Source: the human T2T-CHM13v2.0 reference genome, Homo sapiens
Direction: 5' to 3' (one strand)
DNA length: 64,000 nucleotides
Assembly: GCF_009914755.1 (NCBI RefSeq)
Contig: NC_060927.1
Below the pieces are notes generated by a model. It made no database searches. It saw only the letters and a list, made by a program, of their open reading frames with translations, and was not told the DNA's origin. The translations under genes were made by a program, and so were the position numbers. Each line of letters starts with the position of its first letter. The stretch's first letter is position 1. Of the stretch, positions 53,540 to 64,000 are shown piece after piece.

Positions 53540-55285
53540 AAAACCAACCCATACACAAAAATTAACCATGGATTAACAGCCTAAATATAAAATATAAAAT
53601 CCAGCCTCCAGATTTGTGAGCAATCGCCATTAGAAGGAAACATAGAGGTAAATCTTCATGACCTTGAATTTGGCAATGGATCCTTAAATTTGACATGTGT
53701 ATGAGGAAGGAAGGAAGGAAGGAAGGAAGGAAGGAAGGAAGGAAGGAAGGAAGGAAGGAAGGCAGGCAGGCAGGCAGGCAGGCAGGCAGAAGGGAGGGAG
53801 GGAGGGAGGGAGGGAGGGAGGGAGGGAGGAAAGGAAAGAGAAAGAGAGAGAAAGAAAGGAAAGAGAAAGGGAAGAGAAAGGAAAGAGAAGGGAAAGGGAA
53901 AGGAAAGGAAAGGAAGAGAAATCAGACTTAATAAAATGTAAACCTATTGTGCACCAAAAAACATCATTAAGAAAGTTAAAAAGACAACCTAGAGAGCGGA
54001 CAAAAATAGCTGAAGTTAAATACTTGATAAAGGTTTGGTATCCACAATATATACAACTCATCAACAAAAAGACACATAATCTAATTTTAAAATGAGCAAA
54101 GGACTTGAATGTATATTTCTTCAAAGAAAATACAGACATGTCCAACAAGCACATGAAAAGAAGTTCAAGATCATTAGGCATTAAGTGCACACAAATTAAA
54201 ACCACAGTTAGATACCACTTTATACCCAGTAGGATGGCTATAATTTTTAAAACTATAAAATAACAAGTGTTGTTGAGGATGTAGAAAAATAGGAATCCTC
54301 ATACATTTCTGGTGGGAATATAAGATGGTGCAGCCACTGTGGAAAACAGTTTGGTGGTTCCTCAAAAAGTTTAAATGGAATTATTATACGACCTAGCAAT
54401 TCTACTCCTAAGAATTTACACCTCAAAGACTCAAAAACGGCACTCAAACAAGTATTTGTTCACGAATGTTCAAAGTTGCCATATTCACAATAGTCAAAAG
54501 GTGGAAACAACTCAAATGTCCTTCAACAGATGAATGGATAAACAAACAGTGATATATACATACGATGGATTATTATTCAGCCCTAAACGAAATGAACTAC
54601 TGATGCATGCTACAACTTAAATGAACCTCAAAAACATGGTAAGTGAAAGAAGTCACACACAGAAGGTGACATATGGTGTGGTTCCTTTTATATAAGATGA
54701 CCAGGACTGGCAAATCCTCAGGGACAGAAAGTAGATTCATGATTGCCAGTGATGGGGGAGAAAAGAACAAATAGTGATTACCTAACAGGTATAGGGTATT
54801 TTCCTGGGGAGATTTTTAAAGTTTTGAGAAAAGAGAGAGGTGGTAACTGCTACAATGGATTGAATGTTTGTGTCCTCCCAAAATTCCTATATTAAAATCC
54901 TAACCCCCAAAGTGATGGTATTAGAAGGTGGGACCTTTGGGATGCAATTAGGTGATGAGTGGGACCCTCATGAATGAGATTAGTGCCGTTATAAAGGGGA
55001 CTCCAGAAAACGCTCTCAACCCTCTTTTTGCCATGTAAGGGTACAACTAGAAGTTAGTATTCTGCAATGTGGAAGAGGGCCCTCACAAGAACCAGACGAT
55101 ATTGAGACCCTGATCTCAGACTTCCAGCCTCCAGACTTGTGAGAAATAAATTTCTATTATTTGTAAGCCACCCAGTCTATGGTATTGTTACAGCAACCCA
55201 AAGTAAGGCAGCTGCACATTTATGAATGCCCTAAATGCTACTGAATTGGTACACTTTAAAATGCTTACTTGTATATTACGTGAAC
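53540..55285 (+). mobile_element. L1MB-like 3' portion containing a (GGAA)(GGCA)(GGGA) tract (53705-53920) and an MLT1A/MSTD-like LTR (54848-55210)
   Basis: L1 ORF2 and 3'UTR motifs. LTR motifs tgaatgtttgtgtcctcccaaaattc and gacttccagcctccagacttgtgagaaataaatttc. Confidence 0.82.
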
Positions 55286-57489
55286 TTCAAAGCACTTTTA
55301 AAAATCAGACTGAAATATTATCTTCAAATCATTCTGAAGACTAATCCAAAATCTTAATACACTTTGTTGAAAAGGCTAAGAAAAAAAAGACATTTTAATA
55401 TATCACTGATGAGAGTATAGAAGAGTACAATTCCTATAGCTGACGATTTGGCAGTATCTAATATAATAACAAATGCATTTACCTACAGACATTCTTTATA
55501 AAGACCAAATAAGGTATACATAAAATTACTCATTACAGTACTCTCTGTAACAGCAAAAGACTACAAATAACACACTGGTCTTTTAATAGAAGTCTAGTTA
55601 AATAAATTATTGTACATATACACAAAGGAATGCAATGAGCCTGTGTTTTTAAAAATGAAGGAGAAAGGTCTCTATACACTATTATCTTTTGTGTACGACA
55701 GGTGAGGTGGAGAAGGAAAGAATATACATTCCTACCCTATAGGTATGAAAATTAGATAGATGGACAGACAGTTAAGTTCAACAAACTAGTTAAGAGCAGT
55801 TAACTATGTGTAGATGGATGGGAAGACAGAAAGGCAAAGACTTCTTATTATACAACTTTTAAACTTTTTTATTTTGAACCATGAAAATAAATTTCAAAAG
55901 GAAAAATTTTAAACACTACTAATTGCTTTCAAATTAAAACCCAATCCAACAGGTCTGTTGATTAATAGGACTATATGAGAAAATTTATATAAAGCACATC
56001 ATCAGTGCTTGCCTCACCTACTTTAAGGCTGCAAAATGAGCAAACTCTCTTACTTTCAAATAGTCTAATCTCTTGCCAATCCTCACTCATCTCCATGCTC
56101 TACAATTCAGCCACAGAATCCTCTACGTCCCGGACTGAACCATGCTTTCTTGTCTTAAGGTCTTTTTGCATAATATGTTACCTTTTGCCTTTCTCATCCT
56201 TCTAACTTCCTTTTACTCATCTTTAATCTCACATCAGAGTTTATTTTTTGTAGGATATACTTTTTTACAACCTCCCCACATTCACACATATATACAGAGA
56301 CACACAGCCTGGGCTGCATCAGCATCCCTTGCTTTCTTGTTATTCCCACAGTGTCTTGTGGCTGGGGACACACACTCCAGGTGACACAGCTTGACTCTCA
56401 ATCTTGAGTTTCACACTTGCTAACTGTATGATCTGGAATAAATTTACCTAAACCCTTTCATCTCAGTTTGCAATGTACAAGATAAAGATCAGATCTGCCT
56501 GATGGGACTGTTAACAAAGATTAAATGAGCTAATGTATGTAAAGCACACAGCTTGCCACATACTAAACAGTCATTAAATAGTAACCAGTTTTATTATACT
56601 TATCATGGCACCAAGCCCTTTGCTGAACTATTAATGTATTTCCCCTCTTTCTTACTCACAATGAAGATGCCTTTAAAAATTACACATACTTTAACACTTT
56701 TTACGGCAGAGACTGCCTTGATAACTTCTGTATACCCTGGTGGAGTATCTCGTATAAGGGTGGTGCTCTGTAAATATTTGATAAACTACTCATGTCAATA
56801 TGGTAAGTGATAACTTGTACATAAATAAACAAGCCTTCAAGAAATCAATTTGGTCAGTTATCTCAATTAAAGATTACTATTCTTCTGTATTCACAAGCAG
56901 AGAATGGTGATTTAACAACTCACTTCCCCCCATGTAATACAAATTAACCTGTTAAGATTTATCTAGAGAAGAAAAAGATCTAGCAGTTATCTCCTAAAAT
57001 GATAAAAATAAAATTACACTTTAACAAACTGTCTTACAGTTGTAAACTTAAGACACCTGATTCTGCTACTTGTGTTACTTTAAGAAAAGTATTTAAACTT
57101 AACTATAAAATGAGTACGAAATACTGGCAGGGATATAAAAGAATGAATGCTAGCAACTAGCACACTTCCCAATATGGAGCATACATACAAATAATATGAG
57201 TAAAAATTATAAAAGCCTATGATCTAAAAAATCAATTCATGAAACTACTGAACGAATTTCAGATTTCCTCCCAAAATTTCAAAAACTATATAAATGTATT
57301 ACTTTATAGGAGCAAAACTGAACAAGAACAAAAATGGAATATCCTTATATAACTTACCAATAATATTCTCTATCAGAAAAAGATTAGCAGATAATCTTTA
57401 ATTTTAGGGTAAATTATATACGACTAGTGGCAGGTGAAGTAAAAGTCACACTGCTGGACTGACAGGCTCAATGTACATCATTTATTTCA

Positions 57490-57627
<138 letters not shown>

Positions 57628-60021
57628 TCAAAAAAATTTGATATTATAGCAAATAAATTTTCAAAAAAGTTTGTGTGTTTGTGTGTGTTTCTATCTGAAC
57701 GAGAAAATTACTTACCTGAAATTATTTCTCTGTAGCCTAATAAAAGTAGAGACTCCCTTATTTTTAAAGGCCAATAAAAAGTGACTTACTAGGTTTCAAA
57801 GATTTGTTTACAATAGAATCCAAAACAAATCGGACCTTACCAATCCCATTAAGTCCAATAATTATTAAGCAAGTATAGATAATATTCAAACCATATTAAG
57901 AAAATGATAAAAATTAACTTCACTTTTACACAGATACAAACTTTCTGAGTTATCAGAAAGCATAATCCACCAGTAGTGCATAAAAAGAATGCAAATAATA
58001 AGAGGCATTTTTTCAAGAGTACAAGAATGGCTTAATATTAAGAAATCAAATAACTGAATTTATCAACAAAGTGAAAAAGAAAAATAAAACAATTATATAT
58101 CAAATCAGATCTCAAAAACGTATCTGATAAAATTCTGTAGCCAATCCAAAAAAAAAAAAAAACTTTCTAGGAAAATTAGGGTTCAATAAAATCTACTTAA
58201 AGGATAAAAAGACTAAAATATATTTGTTGTTGAAATACTTAAGATATTTCAACTAATTAAAGAACAAGGCAAGGATGCCCCTCTAACCATTCAACCCAAG
58301 GTTGAAGTCTTTAGTTAATGCAAAAGTTAGCAAAATTTAGTAAAGACAATTCTCCTTTCCTACAGTTGATAAGAAAACCCAGGAGTCTCTATTAAAGTGA
58401 TTCAAGAGATTAATAATAGGAAAATTTGACAAGGTAGCTGACAAGATAAATATACAAAATAACTTAATAGTGCAATAACTAGAAAATATAAATGGATTAG
58501 TAGCTTGTTCACAACGAAAAATACCTAAGAATAAATCTAAGAGAATTTTTAATAAGGAAAATTATTAAAACTTACAGGATATAAAAAAAAGACTTCAACA
58601 AGTATCATATTCTGAATTTAAAAAAAGATTTAGTGTTGTATCAATAAAGTCTGAGAGTCTTGCCAACTTACAAGGCAAATTTAATGTAATTCCAGTTTGC
58701 ATTCCAGTGGGCAGGATTGTTTGAGATTTTCTTGGGCAGAGGTAGGGATCAGAGGAAATGTATAAAAATGTAAATTTTAAAAAAATAAAATTTTGTGTAC
58801 TAAGGTATATTTATATACAGTAAAATGCATTAATCCTGTTATACCTTAATTTTTATAAATACATACACCTGTGTAACCACAACCAAGATGAAGATATAAA
58901 ACATTTCCACAACTAAAACAGGCTCCCTTATGTTGCTTTCCAGTCAGTAACCATCCCCAGCACAAAGGGTAATTATTATACTGATGCATATTACCATGAA
59001 TTAGTTTGACATGATATTGAAACTCATATAAATGATATCATCTTTTTTTATTTCTTTCAAGCAAAGTTGTATTGGTAAGATTCAGCAGCATTGTTATGTG
59101 TATTAGTAATGCCTTTTTTACATTGCTGAATATTATTTCATTGTATGAATATACCACAATCTATCACCCATTTTACTGTTGAGGAATATGAGTACTCTTT
59201 GCAGTTTAGGGCTATCACAAATAAAACTGTTATGTACACACATTTGATGAATGTAAACATTCTTTTCTGTATTACAGAACCAAGAGCAGATCTGTTAACA
59301 CACGTTACACACACGCATCAAGGCTTAGTAGATAATGCCAAACAATTTCTCATAACAAGTTGTAATAAATCACACTTCCACCAGCAATGTATGACATCCA
59401 GCAAGATGTGAGATTTTCAGATGCTCTACATCCTCACCCAAGACTAGGTACTGTCAGTTATTTTAATTTAGCCCATGCTGATTAAGCATATCCCTTCTTC
59501 AATGACCTTCCATTGGGAAGAACCACTTTCCCTTCCTCCAAGTGAAAGAGAAGACTTTCTATACATAATACTGTTTCACTGTCTCATCACATTAGTGTCT
59601 GGGGGGTTTTGTTTTTAAAGTAAAGAGAAAACTAGAAAGAAGATTATGGTGGTAAGAGAGGGTCAAGAAGAAAAGAATACCATGGTATCTGGGCAAGGTT
59701 CACCTCTGCTGAATAATGTGTCAGGCTCTGCAAGCTCAGGATGATGGTGAAAACTAGAAGTTAATAGAGCAGATTAAGAGCAACTTTTAGACTCAGGACT
59801 GAAGCAGAAATGCTTTGCAACCTAGGTAACAAAGTGTGGCATAAAACTGAAGAAGTCACTTCCTCACTTTTACAGGGGTCCAGTAATATAAAGGCAGTCT
59901 GAGTAGAATTTTAATTCCCAAAGTGATTGTACCAATTTATACTCCCACCAGTTACATATGAAGAGCTCAAAACATTCTAAGACTGGTGCACAGGAACCTG
60001 CATCAGAAATATTAACACTTT

Positions 60022-63023
<3,002 letters not shown>

Positions 63024-63104
63024 TTAATATAAGAGCAGATAGGCCACAATAAAGGATATATATGTATGTGTGTGTGTATACACACACACACACACACACA
63101 CGCA

Positions 63105-63311
63105 CATCCTTGTCTTGATTTCTACTTTGATGTAACTATAACAATAACAGGTTTCTTATGGTTTATGTTTGCATGGTGTATGTGTGTATATACACATACA
63201 TACACACACATATATACATATACACACATATACACACACCATGCAAACATTAACCGTAAGAAACATGTTGTGGTTATATTCATGTCAAAGTAGAAATCAA
63301 GACAAGGAATG
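63105..63311. repeat. ~75-bp inverted repeat around a TG/TA/CA microsatellite, inside an old L1 ORF2 relic
   Basis: The arms are reverse complements. Track ORFs on both strands encode PCLDFYFD...HHANIN. Confidence 0.92.
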
Positions 63312-64000
63312 CTACCAAACATAAAGAGAAATATTTTATAATAATAAAACAGTAAATTCATTAGGAAGCTATAACAACATTAAATTTTAACACCAAATAA
63401 CAGGAGTCTCAAAATACATAAAGCAAAGATTGAACTAAAAGAGGCAAATTCATAGCCATGGCTGAAATTTTTAACACACATCTTTTGGTAACTGATAGAA
63501 GAAGCAAACAAAAAAATTAATGAGTGTATAGAAGATAGGGATAAAATTACTAATGTGATCTAACTAATACATAAAACTTAACACCAACAATTACAGAATA
63601 CACATTCTTTTCAAGTACAAACAAGAATATTCACCAAAATAAATCATAAATCAAACCTCTGTAAGTTTTTAAACACTGAAATAATACAGAGCAAGCTCTC
63701 TTGCAATAACAGATTTAAAAATCTGTTTAAATCTGATTTAAAAATCAGTAACAAAAATATACCTAAAATGTCCCCAAATGTTTGGTAATGAGAAAATTTT
63801 AAAAAACTGAATAAAAACATCTCAAAAACTGTTGAATCCACCTACAGTAGTGTTTACAAGAAAATTTAGAGCTTTAAATATTTATAATTTATAGCTAAGT
63901 TACAGTTTATATAAAGAAGGGTTTAAATCAATGACCTAAGAATCTACCTTTTTGGTAGTGGGTTTTTCTTTTTTCTCTGAGACAGGGTCTCACTCTTTCA

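Noticed and set aside
53684-54205. 173-aa and 132-aa low-complexity ORFs
   Set aside because: Translations of the GGAA/GGCA/GGGA microsatellite plus L1 sequence.

Overview
Primate (most likely human) genomic DNA from inside STAG1 (cohesin subunit SA-1), which runs on the minus strand. Three coding exons with canonical AG/GT ends (57597-57501, 30922-30846, 10139-9935; from memory exons 5-7) splice in frame to [10 protein letters not shown]...RHTSTLA. The rest is two large introns and flanks filled with repeats: roughly 38 Alus, a near-full-length L1PA, a fragmented L1MA, younger L1 3' ends, older L1M relics, MaLR LTRs, MER/MIR fragments and microsatellites. Almost all other ORFs in the track are Alu, L1 or microsatellite artefacts. 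I found no convincing new biological system. The best leads are a tailless 5S rRNA retrocopy, a candidate 21-nt poison micro-exon before exon 5, an L1 ORF0 frame fused in frame to an older L1's ORF1, an Alu-L1PA2 composite inside one target-site duplication (TSD), and several fold-back or templated rearrangements. Repeat subfamily calls come from recalled consensus motifs and repeat boundaries are approximate.
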